Below are positions 5,828 through 16,183 of a stretch of 33,625 nt of DNA, one piece after another. The first letter of the stretch is position 1. Each line of letters starts with the position of its first letter. The notes under the pieces were generated by a model, which saw only the letters and a program-made list of their open reading frames with translations, was not told where the DNA came from and did not search any database. The stretch comes from a virus (taxonomy: Duplodnaviria > Caudoviricetes), in IMG/VR virus record IMGVR_UViG_3300020388_000036, positions 1 to 33,625 of that record; one strand, written 5' to 3'. The position numbers were made by a program, and so were the translations under genes.

Positions 5828-6038
5828 TTACCGAAAAGAATACGACAAGTTCCAATCCTCATCTTCGTCAAAAAAAGATCGTGCTAATAGAAACAAAGTA
5901 CGAAGGTTAGCACTACGATTGAAAAAAGTTAAAAAAAATGATAATAAAGATATAGACCACAAGGATGGAAATCCTCGTAATAATAAAAAAAGTAACCTAC
6001 GAGTTGTTAGTCGTAGCACAAACAGGAGAAAAAAGTAA
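5814..6038 (+). CDS. Small HNH-motif protein
   Basis: DIDHKDGNPRNNKKSNLRVVSRSTNR is an HNH beta-beta-alpha signature; located in the packaging module. Confidence 0.8.
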   Translation: MTKRNYRKEYDKFQSSSSSKKDRANRNKVRRLALRLKKVKKNDNKDIDHKDGNPRNNKKSNLRVVSRSTNRRKK

Positions 6039-6409
6039 TGGCTAGGGAGTACAAAAAGGTTTATGACGAAATTCGTAGAGATACAGAAGCCGGTAAAATT
6101 GAAAAACAATTAGACAAAGTTAGTCCAAAGTATAGAGAACAATTAAAAAAAGAACTTGAAGAAGAAGCAAAAAAAAAGAAACAACAGAAATTAAAGTCAA
6201 AAATAAAAAGATTACGAAAAAAAAGACAAGTAAAAAAAGAGTTTAGAGCAAAAGAAAACTTTCCGGGATTTACTAATAAAGAAGTAGCGGATGCTAAAAT
6301 GAAAGAATTACACGAAAATAAAAGAAAAAGAAAAGGTAGTGGTGGCAGAGGTGGTGTACCATTATCTAATACAATATTAAAAGGTGGCTTTGGTAAAAAA
6401 ATATATTAG
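6038..6409 (+). CDS. Hypothetical Lys-rich coiled-coil protein (123 aa)
   Basis: TAATG coupling to the HNH gene; highly charged. Confidence 0.7.
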   Translation: MAREYKKVYDEIRRDTEAGKIEKQLDKVSPKYREQLKKELEEEAKKKKQQKLKSKIKRLRKKRQVKKEFRAKENFPGFTNKEVADAKMKELHENKRKRKGSGGRGGVPLSNTILKGGFGKKIY

Positions 6410-6411
6410 TT

Positions 6412-6810
6412 ATGAGTTCAGCTACAAAATCAAATCCTTCTCTATGGAAAAGAATTGTTGCTCGTGTAAAAGCACAAGCATCTCACGGAACGGCCGCAGG
6501 TCAATGGTCTGGCAGAAAAGCACAAGCGGCTGTCAAAGCATACAAAAAAGCAGGTGGTGGCTATAAGGGTGGCAAAAAATCTAGCAACTCGTTATCCAAA
6601 TGGTCTAAACAAAAATGGCGTACAAAATCAGGTAAAAAATCTTCAGATACAGGTGAAAGGTATTTACCCGAAAAAGCTATTAAAAATTTATCATCAAAAG
6701 AATATGCGAAAACCTCGGCAAAGAAAAGACAAGACAAAGCTAGTGGAAAACAGTTTAGTAAACAACCTAAGTCAATCGCAAGAAAAGTAAGGAGATTTAG
6801 AAAGGTATGA
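6412..6810 (+). CDS. Basic phage protein (DUF5872-like)
   Basis: GQWSGRKAQ..KAYKKAGGGY, LSKWSKQKWRTKSGK and ERYLPEKAI motifs; the family name is from memory. Confidence 0.75.
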   Translation: MSSATKSNPSLWKRIVARVKAQASHGTAAGQWSGRKAQAAVKAYKKAGGGYKGGKKSSNSLSKWSKQKWRTKSGKKSSDTGERYLPEKAIKNLSSKEYAKTSAKKRQDKASGKQFSKQPKSIARKVRRFRKV

Positions 6811-7001
6811 CAATATTTACTAAATATTCTATAAGAGAAATAGAAACACTTCGTACTGTTGTTAAATCACAACATATGAAACATTACCCAAAAGACTTTG
6901 TGAATAATCACGAAGCTGATAGAATCATAGAATCTCTATCGGAAGAAGCTAGAGAAAAACTATATGAACTAGCAGTTAATTATGGCATCACTAAGTTATA
7001 A
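6807..7001 (+). CDS. Hypothetical protein (64 aa)
   Basis: ATGA overlap with the previous gene; overlaps the terL start. Confidence 0.75.
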   Translation: MTIFTKYSIREIETLRTVVKSQHMKHYPKDFVNNHEADRIIESLSEEAREKLYELAVNYGITKL

Positions 7002-8487
7002 GCCAGACGGCGATACAATAAAACACTTTTTAAAAGACGATACTTTCTTTAGAGGAATACGAGGGCCTGTTGGCTCTGGTAAATCTGTAGCTTGTTGTAT
7101 TGAAATAATAAAACGAGCTATATCACAAAAGCCGAATGATGAAGGGATTCGCAAAACTAGATGGGCGGTCATTCGTAATACTAACCCTCAACTTAAAACT
7201 ACTACAATAAAAACTTGGCTAGATTGGTTTCCTGAAGAAGATTGGGGAAACTTTACTTGGAGTGTACCTTATACACACAGACTAAAAAAAGGGGATATTG
7301 ATTGTGAGGTAATCTTTCTAGCGTTAGATAGACCTGAAGATGTTAAGAAATTACTGTCTTTGGAACTTACAGGAGTATGGATCAATGAGGCACGAGAGAT
7401 TCCTAAAAGTATTGTTGATGCTTGTTCTATGCGTGTTGGTCGTTTTCCATCTATGCGTGATGGTGGCCCAACTTGGTATGGAGTCGTTTGCGATACCAAT
7501 CCACCTGATACCGATCATTGGTGGGCAATTATGGCAGGTGAAACTGTTATACCTGATTATATAAGTAAACAAGAAGCTAAGATGTTGATTAAGCCAGATA
7601 ATTGGAAATTTTTTAATCAACCACCTGCTATGTTAGAAATAAAAAATAAAAACAATGAGATACAAGAATATAAAAAATCTGAAGTATCTGAGAATAGAAA
7701 GAATCTTACAGAGAATTATTATAGTAATATTATCCGTGGTAAAACAAAATCGTGGATAGATGTATATGTTCTTAATAAACTTGGTACTGTTGAAGATGGT
7801 AAACCCGTATATGAATCATATAGACAAGATGTACATATGGCTAAAGGTGAACTTGCACTTGCAGAACATCTTCCTGTTTATATGGGGATTGATTTTGGTC
7901 TTACACCTGCTTGTGTTTTTGCACAAAAGATAAGAACCAGATGGATAGTATTTGAAGAACTTGTAGCAGAAGATATGGGTATTGTTAAATTTTCTGATTT
8001 AATGAAACAATCTATGGCACGATATCATCCTAGAACTTTTTATATATTTGGAGATCCTGCAGGAGATCATAGAGTACAAACAGATGAAAGCACACCATTT
8101 CAAATACTAAGAGGTAAAGGTATTACTGCCCGACCTGCTCCAAGTAATGATGTTACATTGCGAATAGAGTCTGTAGCTACTTGTCTTAATAGAATGGTAG
8201 ATGGTGAATCAGGTATTCTTATTGATAAAAGTTGTATTAATTTACTTAGAGGATTTGCAGGTGGATATCATTATAGACGACTTCAAGTATCTGGTGAACG
8301 CTATGATGATCGACCAAATAAAAATAGATTTTCGCATGTACACGACGCTTTACAATATTTATTACTTGGTGCAGGTGAAGGTAGGTCTTTGACAATCGGT
8401 ACTAAATATAGTAAACCTATAATAGCTAAAAAAAATTTTAATGTTTTTGATGTAAAACCCAAGAGCATTTATGAAAGAAGGAGATAG
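6982..8487 (+). CDS. terL: Terminase large subunit
   Basis: Walker A GPVGSGKS, Walker B-like VWINEARE, coupling motif DTNPP, nuclease domain GIDFGLTPA...GDPAG...SHVHDALQY. Confidence 0.95.
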   Translation: MASLSYKPDGDTIKHFLKDDTFFRGIRGPVGSGKSVACCIEIIKRAISQKPNDEGIRKTRWAVIRNTNPQLKTTTIKTWLDWFPEEDWGNFTWSVPYTHRLKKGDIDCEVIFLALDRPEDVKKLLSLELTGVWINEAREIPKSIVDACSMRVGRFPSMRDGGPTWYGVVCDTNPPDTDHWWAIMAGETVIPDYISKQEAKMLIKPDNWKFFNQPPAMLEIKNKNNEIQEYKKSEVSENRKNLTENYYSNIIRGKTKSWIDVYVLNKLGTVEDGKPVYESYRQDVHMAKGELALAEHLPVYMGIDFGLTPACVFAQKIRTRWIVFEELVAEDMGIVKFSDLMKQSMARYHPRTFYIFGDPAGDHRVQTDESTPFQILRGKGITARPAPSNDVTLRIESVATCLNRMVDGESGILIDKSCINLLRGFAGGYHYRRLQVSGERYDDRPNKNRFSHVHDALQYLLLGAGEGRSLTIGTKYSKPIIAKKNFNVFDVKPKSIYERRR

Positions 8488-8490
8488 CTT

Positions 8491-8751
8491 ATGTGTGGTG
8501 GTGGCGGTGGCTCAAGACCTGCTCCTCCTCCTCCTCCTCCTCCAATCTCTGCATCCCAAAGGGCACAGAGAGCGGCAGATAGGAGGAAGCAGTTGAGAGA
8601 GAAGTCTGAGTTGAAAGAAGAAAGATATCAAGATACACTTGCAGAAGTTTCTGGTAGAAGAGGCAGAAGGTCGCTTATGTCAGGAAGAAGAAGTGGATCG
8701 GGTTATTTAGCAGTACAAGGCACAGTTAGTCGTGGCACTCTTGGAGTGTAA
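8491..8751 (+). CDS. Small Gly/Pro-rich virion-associated protein preceding portal
   Basis: MCGGGGG-PPPPPPP N-terminus; AGGAG RBS; position typical of podoviruses. Confidence 0.75.
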   Translation: MCGGGGGSRPAPPPPPPPISASQRAQRAADRRKQLREKSELKEERYQDTLAEVSGRRGRRSLMSGRRSGSGYLAVQGTVSRGTLGV

Positions 8752-10356
8752 ATGGTTGTAGATGTCATACCTCAAGCACCTGTTGATTTTTCGGAATCAA
8801 AGGTCAAACAACTTCTTGCTAAATATAGACGAGCACAAGCAATAAAAGATCAATGGATTCCTATCTTTGAAGATTGCTATGAATATGCTTTACCTCAAAG
8901 GGAATCATTCTATTCAGAAAGTATAGCAAAAAGAAGAAGTGAAAGAATCTTTGATGAAACTGCTGTTGTAGGAGTTCAAGAGTTTGCATCTCGTTTACAA
9001 TCAGGCATTGTACCAAACTATGCAAGATGGGCAGAGTTTACAAGTGGTACTGAAATTCCAAAAGATGAACAAAAAGAAGTAAACGAAATGTTAGATACTG
9101 TTACTGAATATGTATTTGAAATTTTACAAAACTCAAATTTTTCACAAGAAGTTCACGAAACCTTTTTAGATTGCGCAGTAGGTACAGGATGTCTACTTGT
9201 TGAAGAGGGTGATGCTGTACACCCAATAAAATTTAAAGCAATCCCTTTACCTCATTTATTATTAGATGCAGGACACGACGAAAAGATAGATCATATATTT
9301 AGAGAAAGAAGAATTAAATTTAGACAAATATTAAATGCTTATCCTAATGCAAAATTACCTGCACGGATGATGGAAGAAATGGGCAAGAATCCAGATGCAG
9401 AATGTAAACTTATTGAAATAGTTTATCGTAATTATAACAATACAAAAGAAGAAGAATATCAATTCTGTGTTATTTCAGAAACATATGAAGCAGAATTATT
9501 TTCACAAACATTTAAAGGAATGGGATCAAATCCATATTTAATATATAGATGGAGTAAATGTGCAGGTGAAGTATATGGAAGAGGGCCACTACAACTTGCT
9601 CTACCTGCAATTAAAACTTCTAATCTTGTTATTGAATTGATATTAGAAAATGCACAAATGGCAATATCTGGTATGTATCAAGTAGAAGATGATGGTGTAA
9701 TTAATGTTGATAATATTCAATTAATTCCCGGAACAATCATACCAAAAGCTGTTGGCAGTAGTGGACTTACACCTGTTCAACCTGCAGGAAACTTTCAGGT
9801 TTCAGATTTAGTATTACGAGATATGCGACAAAATATAAAGAAGGCACTATATAATGATATGTTAGGTACGCCAAACGAAAAGACACCTATGTCAGCAACA
9901 GAAGTAGCAGAACGAATGGCTGACCTTTCTCGTCAAATAGGTGCGGCATTCGGAAGATTACAAGCAGAACTTGTTAATCCTGTATTACAACGAGTAGTTT
10001 ATATATTAAAGAAACAAGGGCGAATACAAATTCCAACTGTTAATGGTAGAGAAATAAAAATAAGATCCTCTTCGCCACTTGCACAAGCACAACAACAACA
10101 AGATGTTGCTACTTTAGATAGATTTATAGGAATGTTACAAGCCAGACTTGGCCCACAATTAACTAATATTCTTGTTAAGCAAAACGAAACGGCTAAGTTT
10201 TTAGCTAAAAAACTAGGTGTTCCAGAAGAGTTAATTCGTTCTGATAAAGAAATGGGACAAGCGGCGGGTCAAATAGGAGAAATGGTTCAAGGGTTACAGC
10301 AAACAGGTATGCAACCAAGGGATTCCATTAACGCTTTACAAAACATTACAAAGTAG
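8752..10356 (+). CDS. Portal (head-tail connector) protein
   Basis: 534 aa with RWSKCAGEVYGRGP and MSATEVAER motifs of T7 gp8/BPP-1-type connectors. Confidence 0.93.
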   Translation: MVVDVIPQAPVDFSESKVKQLLAKYRRAQAIKDQWIPIFEDCYEYALPQRESFYSESIAKRRSERIFDETAVVGVQEFASRLQSGIVPNYARWAEFTSGTEIPKDEQKEVNEMLDTVTEYVFEILQNSNFSQEVHETFLDCAVGTGCLLVEEGDAVHPIKFKAIPLPHLLLDAGHDEKIDHIFRERRIKFRQILNAYPNAKLPARMMEEMGKNPDAECKLIEIVYRNYNNTKEEEYQFCVISETYEAELFSQTFKGMGSNPYLIYRWSKCAGEVYGRGPLQLALPAIKTSNLVIELILENAQMAISGMYQVEDDGVINVDNIQLIPGTIIPKAVGSSGLTPVQPAGNFQVSDLVLRDMRQNIKKALYNDMLGTPNEKTPMSATEVAERMADLSRQIGAAFGRLQAELVNPVLQRVVYILKKQGRIQIPTVNGREIKIRSSSPLAQAQQQQDVATLDRFIGMLQARLGPQLTNILVKQNETAKFLAKKLGVPEELIRSDKEMGQAAGQIGEMVQGLQQTGMQPRDSINALQNITK

Positions 10357-10368
10357 TATAAATAGAGT

Positions 10369-10656
10369 ATGAAAGCAAAACCTAATCGTATAGTAGGATT
10401 AGATAATTTTGAACGAAGTCCTGACGAAGAAACCCGTCTTAATTTTATCTTTGAAAGTGTATTTAAAACTGATGCAGGTGCAGAAGTATTAAAATATCTA
10501 CGAATGATTACAATAGAAGCTGTTGCAGGTTCAGAAATAAGCGATCAGCAACTAAGACATATTGAAGGTCAACGCTATATAGTAGGTTTAATACAACGCC
10601 GACTAAATAAAGGAAGAAGTCAAAACATCATAAAGGAGAAACAAGATGTCAGATAA
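10369..10656 (+). CDS. Bbp19-like protein downstream of portal
   Basis: VFKTDAGAEVLKYL...EGQRYIVGLI pattern and conserved position. Confidence 0.7.
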   Translation: MKAKPNRIVGLDNFERSPDEETRLNFIFESVFKTDAGAEVLKYLRMITIEAVAGSEISDQQLRHIEGQRYIVGLIQRRLNKGRSQNIIKEKQDVR

Positions 10657-11431
10657 TACAGAACAAGCAGAAGAAAATACTGCAGAAGTAACAGAATCTA
10701 CTGAACAAACGGCTGAACAACAGCCACAAGAACCACAAAATTTATCTGAAAGACCAAATGATACTTTGGTTCAACCAACAGCAGATGACTTAATTCTTGG
10801 TAAATTTAAATCACAAGAAGATTTAGAACAAGGATATAAAGAATTAGAAAAATATGTTGGTGGTAACAAAGATGAACTTAGAGATCAAATTATAGATGAA
10901 CTTTCACAAGAAGCTGATTCTGAAGTTCCAGAAAATTATGAATTACCTGCATTACCAGAACATATAACAGAAGATGATGTTATGGAAAATCCTATGACAG
11001 AATGGTGGCGAGGTCATTGCGCAGAAAATGCATATGATCAAGAAATGTTTGAAAATGGTATTAATGCATATATTGATATGATGGGAGAGTACGCTCCTAA
11101 TGCAGATGCAGAAATACAAAAATTAGGAGAAAATGCTCAGGCAAGAATACAAGCTGTAGATAGTTTTTCACAAGCATACTTTTCTCCAGATGAACACGAA
11201 TACCTTAGTTCAACTATAGGTACAACTGCAGAAGGTATTGAAATACTAGAAAAAATTATGCAAATGAGAAATGAAAATATATCTTCTTATCAACAACAAG
11301 AACCTCTAAATAAACTTACCCTAGAAGATGTAAGAGGGATGATGAAAGACCCTCGCTACTTTGACCCAAAAGAAAGAGATGAATCTTTTGTAAGAAAAGT
11401 AGATGATGCATTTGCTAGACTCTATAGATGA
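10646..11431 (+). CDS. Capsid assembly/scaffolding protein
   Basis: Very acidic; GKFKSQEDLEQGYKELEK and C-terminal MMKDPRY motifs; located between portal and capsid genes. Confidence 0.85.
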   Translation: MSDNTEQAEENTAEVTESTEQTAEQQPQEPQNLSERPNDTLVQPTADDLILGKFKSQEDLEQGYKELEKYVGGNKDELRDQIIDELSQEADSEVPENYELPALPEHITEDDVMENPMTEWWRGHCAENAYDQEMFENGINAYIDMMGEYAPNADAEIQKLGENAQARIQAVDSFSQAYFSPDEHEYLSSTIGTTAEGIEILEKIMQMRNENISSYQQQEPLNKLTLEDVRGMMKDPRYFDPKERDESFVRKVDDAFARLYR

Positions 11432-11967
11432 TATATCAAGACCTTGCTACGCCTGATGATGCTTTTGAATTAGCATTGCATATGAAGAGTAAAGATAGGT
11501 TTGAGATAGCATTATTTGGTCTTGATCCACTTATGGCACTATTATATCCATTTAGAGCAAACCGACCAAATACAATAACTTGGACAATTTTTGATGACAA
11601 GAAACCTATTGCAATGTGGGGGTGTGTTCCTATTAAAGGTCATAAAACAAAAGCTACTTGTTGGTTTCTTAGTGGTGAAGATGTAATGAAGAATATGCGA
11701 TTCCTACGCCAGACAAAACGGGCATTTAATTGGACAATTTCTCATTACCAACACTTGCATAACTTCGTTACAGAAGAACAAACACAAACTATAAGATGGC
11801 TTAAATGGTTAGGATTTAAATTCCAAAATGAACCACTACTTGTCAAAAATGTAAAAGTAAGATATTTTTACTATGAGTCTTGCGAAAAGACTCAAGTGGA
11901 ACCCATTGATGATTTATGTGGCCCTATATGGAAAACCCGAATGAATCAAACTATGGACAATTCTTGA
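11428..11967 (+). CDS. GNAT-fold acetyltransferase-like protein (T7 gp13/DUF2833-like)
   Basis: PIAMWG, CWFL and LHNFV....TIRWLKWLGF motifs. Confidence 0.75.
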   Translation: MIYQDLATPDDAFELALHMKSKDRFEIALFGLDPLMALLYPFRANRPNTITWTIFDDKKPIAMWGCVPIKGHKTKATCWFLSGEDVMKNMRFLRQTKRAFNWTISHYQHLHNFVTEEQTQTIRWLKWLGFKFQNEPLLVKNVKVRYFYYESCEKTQVEPIDDLCGPIWKTRMNQTMDNS

Positions 11968-11998
11968 ACTGTAATATTAACTTTATTAGGAGATAGTT

Positions 11999-12823
11999 AT
12001 GGCAACTTCCATTACTACTGCCTTTATTAAGCAGTTTGAATCAGAAGTCCATATGGCGTATCAGCGTATGGGTTCTAAACTGAGGAATACAGTAAGACAG
12101 CTTAATAATGTAAAAGGCAATCAAGCGAGATTCCAAAAGGTGGGCAAAGGTAGTGCAACTGAGAAATCAAGACACGCTAATGTTCCAACTATGGAAATAA
12201 CTCACAATACAGTTGATGTAACTCTATCTGATTTCTATGCGGCGGATTATGTTGATAGATTAGATGAGTTGAAAACTAACATAGATGAAAGACAAGTTCT
12301 TTCACAATCGGCGGCTTCTGCTCTAGGTAGAAAAACAGATCAACTTATTGTTGATGTGTTAGATGCAGGGTCTAATAGTAACAATGTCGTACACGGCTCT
12401 GCAGGTCTTACACTTGCAAAGGCGTTAACAGTTTACGAAAATTTCGGCGAAGCTGATGTTCCTGATGATGGACAAAGATATTTTGTTGTATCTTCAGCAG
12501 GTTGGGCAGATTTATTACAAATTGACCAATTCTCAAGAGCAGAGTATATCGGTGAAAAAGAACTACCATATTCAGGTGGTATGACGGCTAAGAGATGGTT
12601 AGGGTTCTTATGGTTCTCTTTCTCTGGTCTGTCGCTTTCTAGTACAACTAGAGATTGCCACGCTTACCACAGATCATCTGTTGGTTTAGCTATGGGTTCT
12701 GATATCAGAACTGAAGTAAACTATATACCTGAAAAGGTCAGTAATCTAATCACTTCATATATGTCTATGGGTGCTGTGATGATTGACAATGATGGTGCGA
12801 TAGAATGTCAAATAACAGAATAG
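11999..12823 (+). CDS. Major capsid protein
   Basis: AGGAG RBS; QFESEVHMAYQ...SALGRKTDQLI...ADVPDDGQRYFVV pattern of podoviral capsids; follows the scaffold. Confidence 0.9.
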   Translation: MATSITTAFIKQFESEVHMAYQRMGSKLRNTVRQLNNVKGNQARFQKVGKGSATEKSRHANVPTMEITHNTVDVTLSDFYAADYVDRLDELKTNIDERQVLSQSAASALGRKTDQLIVDVLDAGSNSNNVVHGSAGLTLAKALTVYENFGEADVPDDGQRYFVVSSAGWADLLQIDQFSRAEYIGEKELPYSGGMTAKRWLGFLWFSFSGLSLSSTTRDCHAYHRSSVGLAMGSDIRTEVNYIPEKVSNLITSYMSMGAVMIDNDGAIECQITE

Positions 12824-12833
12824 GAGAAAACTA

Positions 12834-13082
12834 ATGGCTTTTACTCAAGCAAACTTAAAAAAGATTGCAGGTGGTGGAGATCAAAATGTTTATCTCTACA
12901 ACTCTGCTGATGCTGTTGCAACCATTGCAGGATCAGGTTATTTTAATAATGCTACCAATCAACTTCATCAGAATGATGTAATCATTACTGTTGGGTCAAC
13001 GGGTGGCACAAGAACAGTAGATGTCCTTGTTGTATCAAGTGCAACGGCGGCGGCTACTGTAACAACTATTAATGGTACATAG
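12834..13082 (+). CDS. Small virion protein (probable capsid decoration)
   Basis: 82 aa, Ala/Thr/Gly-rich; AGGAG RBS; lies between the capsid gene and a terminator. Confidence 0.7.
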   Translation: MAFTQANLKKIAGGGDQNVYLYNSADAVATIAGSGYFNNATNQLHQNDVIITVGSTGGTRTVDVLVVSSATAAATVTTINGT

Positions 13083-13088
13083 GGTATT

Positions 13089-13113
13089 GGGGGAGGCAAC
13101 TCCCCCGATATTT
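13089..13113 (+). terminator. Hairpin terminator after capsid genes
   Basis: GGGGGAG-GCAA-CTCCCCC stem with GNRA loop; weak U tract. Confidence 0.7.
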
Positions 13114-13118
13114 AAATT

Positions 13119-13733
13119 ATGGCAAGTAAAATAGATATATGTAATCAAGCACTTGTATTAGTAGGAGCGAATGTAATATCTGCTCTTACAGAAAACAATA
13201 CAGAAGCACGAGTGTCTAATCAATTATATGAATCAACATTAAAAAATTTATTAACAAAAGCAAGATGGAGATTTGCTAGTAAACAACAGCAAATGTCTAA
13301 AAGTTCTACCGATCCTTTAGACAAATGGGATTCTGCATATCAGATACCGAATGATGCATTATTAGTGCATACAATTACAGTATCAGATAATGTAATTCCT
13401 TTTGATAGATATGGTGAATTTTTATACACCAATAGTGGTGCTAACGATACTGTAATACTACATTATACTTATCAACCACACGAAGATCAGTTTCCAGAAT
13501 ATTTTGTTCAAATATTAGTATTTGAGTTAGCAAGTTTATTTGCAGGTGCTATAGCTAGAAATGATAATCTTTCTGTACTATATCAAAAAAGAGCAAATAT
13601 TCAGCTTACACAAGCTAGGGGTATGGAATCACAAACACAAACTACAAGAAAACTTAATACAAGTTTACTGATTGAAGTAAGGAACAGAGGTACAGCAGAT
13701 GGAGTGAGAGCAGTTGTACCAAGTAGCAGTTAA
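13119..13733 (+). CDS. Tail tubular protein A / adaptor (T7 gp11-like)
   Basis: IDICNQALVLVG and WRFA motifs; size and position fit. Confidence 0.85.
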   Translation: MASKIDICNQALVLVGANVISALTENNTEARVSNQLYESTLKNLLTKARWRFASKQQQMSKSSTDPLDKWDSAYQIPNDALLVHTITVSDNVIPFDRYGEFLYTNSGANDTVILHYTYQPHEDQFPEYFVQILVFELASLFAGAIARNDNLSVLYQKRANIQLTQARGMESQTQTTRKLNTSLLIEVRNRGTADGVRAVVPSSS

Positions 13734-13738
13734 ATGAT

Positions 13739-16183
13739 ATGGCAATACAAAGAGTGCATCAAAATAGTTTTACCCGTGGAGAGGTTGACGAAACTGTTGT
13801 AAGTCGTACAGATGTACAGGCATTTCAACAAGCACTTAGAAGAGGAAGAAATATCTTTTGTCTAAATCAAGGTGCAATGGAAAGACGCCAAGGTACTTTG
13901 TATAGAGCAGATTTAAATGAAGAAACTAGGTTAGAAGCATTTATATTTAATGAGAATCAAGAATATATACTAGCTTTTCAAAATACTAAATTACTTATAT
14001 TTTCTACAAACGGCACACTATTAGGCACATTAACAGGTTGTCCTTGGACTACTTCTAATTTATTTGAATTTACATTTACACAATCTGCAGACACAATGAT
14101 TGTTGCACATACAGCATTCAGACCACAGTTAATTGTAAGAACAGGAGCAACAACATTTACTAAAGCAGATTTTCAATTCGCAACAAACTTTAATGATACA
14201 GAAATATTTCAACCATATTTTAAATTTGCAGATTCTAATATTACTTTAGATATAGATCAAACAACAGCACAAACAAATGTAAACTTAGTAACAAGTGTTG
14301 CTTATTGGGACTCAACTATGGTTGGTAATATTTTACGATATCACAAATCAGAGATAGAAGTTACAGCAGTAACAGATAGTACAAATGCTGTAGGTACTTT
14401 ACGAAAAGATGTACGAATAGAACTTGATGATGATCCAATGAAATCTGAACAAGGAACAGCTAAAATAATTGTTTTGCATCCACAACACGGATTTTCTACA
14501 GGTGCATCAATTACTATAGAAGGTGCAGAAAGTATTTTAAATGATTCTGGTTCAGGTCTTACAGCAACAAATATAAATGGTACATTTACAATAACTGTTC
14601 TTGATGATGATCGTTATGAATATACAGCTACAAGTGGTACAGCAGGAGATTCTCAAGATGGTGGTGGTACAAATGTTAGAATTATAGGACACCCACCAAC
14701 AAAACAATGGGATGAAGAAGTATATAATACACATAATGGCTTTCCAACAGCAGTTAGGTTTCATCAGCAAAGACTTTTTTTTGCAGGTGGATCTATAAGT
14801 GATTTTATTTGTGGTAGTCAAACAGCAGACTTTTTTCACTTTGGTTTAGGGGATGGTGATGATACAGACGCTATTCAAATAAATATTGCATCAGACCAAG
14901 TAAATAGAATTCAACATTTAATTTCTGGTAAACATTTAGAAATCTTTACAACAACAGGTGAATTTTATTTAAAACCTCAAGTAGGTAAACCACTTACACC
15001 GACAGATTTACAAGTATTAAAACAAAGTGATCTTGGTTCGCAACTTAAATGTATGCCAAGATTATTTGATGGTGCGGCAATCTTTATTCAACCGAATGGT
15101 AAAACAGTAAGAGAATATTTTTATAATACTGCTAATGAAGAATATACACCTACAGCATTATCTATACTTTCACCACAAGCTGTAAGTAGTCCTACTGACT
15201 CTGCAATAATAAAATCATCCGGAATAAGAACAGAAATGTTTATGTTGTTTGTAAATGACAATGGAACAATAGGAGTGTTTTCTGCAAATAGACAAGAAAA
15301 ATTATCAGGTTGGGTAATATGGGAAACAGATGGTGATTATATATCTGTAGGTGCAACAACACAATTTATGTATGCTGTAGTTAAACGAACTGTAAATGGT
15401 GCTACTAAATATTATTTAGAGCAATTTTCTAACTCACAATATGAGATACCAACAGATGCTTCTGTATCTAAAGTCTTATCTTCGTCATATCAACCACACG
15501 GAACGCCTTTAATAAAAGGTGCAGTTACTAGTGCTAATACTGTTATAATAGATGGCTTGACACAAGTACCCAAAGCAGGGGAGCAATTTACCTGCAATTC
15601 AATAAGTTGTACGATACAGAATGTAGCAACAACAAGTACATCAGGTGAATATATAGTTACAGTTGTACCTGCTCTAACAGCATCTGATAATGCACCAATA
15701 GAATTTACTACCTCTTATACATTTACAGGGTTAAATACTTCACCAGATTTACGAGGTAAAGTAGTACACGCTACATCAGGTACAGGAGAAAATGATACAA
15801 TAGTTTATTATGGCAGTAGTACAGTTGATTCTAATGGTGTTGCTATATTTCAAAAACCTGCATCAGGTATTGATATAGGTATTGATTATACAGTAGATGT
15901 TTCCACATTATCTATAGATGCAACTTCACCTGTAAGAGGATTAGGTTCAACATACGGATTACCTAGAAAAATAGGAAAAACTATATTAGAATTATCTAAA
16001 ACACATAATTTACAAGTAAACAGTAATGATGTAATTGTAAGCAATGGATTTGAAATGACAGGATATACAGGTAAAAAAGATGTACATAGTTTAGGTTATA
16101 GCCAAGAACCTTTTATTACGATTACACAATCTGTGCCATTACCTTTCAGAATATTATCTATAACAAGTGAGTATTATTTCTAA
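13739..16183 (+). CDS. Tail tubular protein B / nozzle (T7 gp12-like)
   Basis: 814 aa beta-rich; NSFTRGE N-terminus, GFPTAVRFHQQRLFFAG, C-terminal PLPFRILSI. Confidence 0.88.
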   Translation: MAIQRVHQNSFTRGEVDETVVSRTDVQAFQQALRRGRNIFCLNQGAMERRQGTLYRADLNEETRLEAFIFNENQEYILAFQNTKLLIFSTNGTLLGTLTGCPWTTSNLFEFTFTQSADTMIVAHTAFRPQLIVRTGATTFTKADFQFATNFNDTEIFQPYFKFADSNITLDIDQTTAQTNVNLVTSVAYWDSTMVGNILRYHKSEIEVTAVTDSTNAVGTLRKDVRIELDDDPMKSEQGTAKIIVLHPQHGFSTGASITIEGAESILNDSGSGLTATNINGTFTITVLDDDRYEYTATSGTAGDSQDGGGTNVRIIGHPPTKQWDEEVYNTHNGFPTAVRFHQQRLFFAGGSISDFICGSQTADFFHFGLGDGDDTDAIQINIASDQVNRIQHLISGKHLEIFTTTGEFYLKPQVGKPLTPTDLQVLKQSDLGSQLKCMPRLFDGAAIFIQPNGKTVREYFYNTANEEYTPTALSILSPQAVSSPTDSAIIKSSGIRTEMFMLFVNDNGTIGVFSANRQEKLSGWVIWETDGDYISVGATTQFMYAVVKRTVNGATKYYLEQFSNSQYEIPTDASVSKVLSSSYQPHGTPLIKGAVTSANTVIIDGLTQVPKAGEQFTCNSISCTIQNVATTSTSGEYIVTVVPALTASDNAPIEFTTSYTFTGLNTSPDLRGKVVHATSGTGENDTIVYYGSSTVDSNGVAIFQKPASGIDIGIDYTVDVSTLSIDATSPVRGLGSTYGLPRKIGKTILELSKTHNLQVNSNDVIVSNGFEMTGYTGKKDVHSLGYSQEPFITITQSVPLPFRILSITSEYYF

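Noticed and set aside
4218-6109. Antisense ORFs (4218-4454, 4814-5008, 4870-5187, 5127-5618, 5828-6109)
   Set aside because: Phe/Leu/Ser-rich shadows of Lys/Arg-rich + strand genes, without RBS.
8502-8543. GGT/CCT trinucleotide runs as a DNA-level repeat element
   Set aside because: Explained by the poly-Gly and poly-Pro coding sequence of the pre-portal protein.
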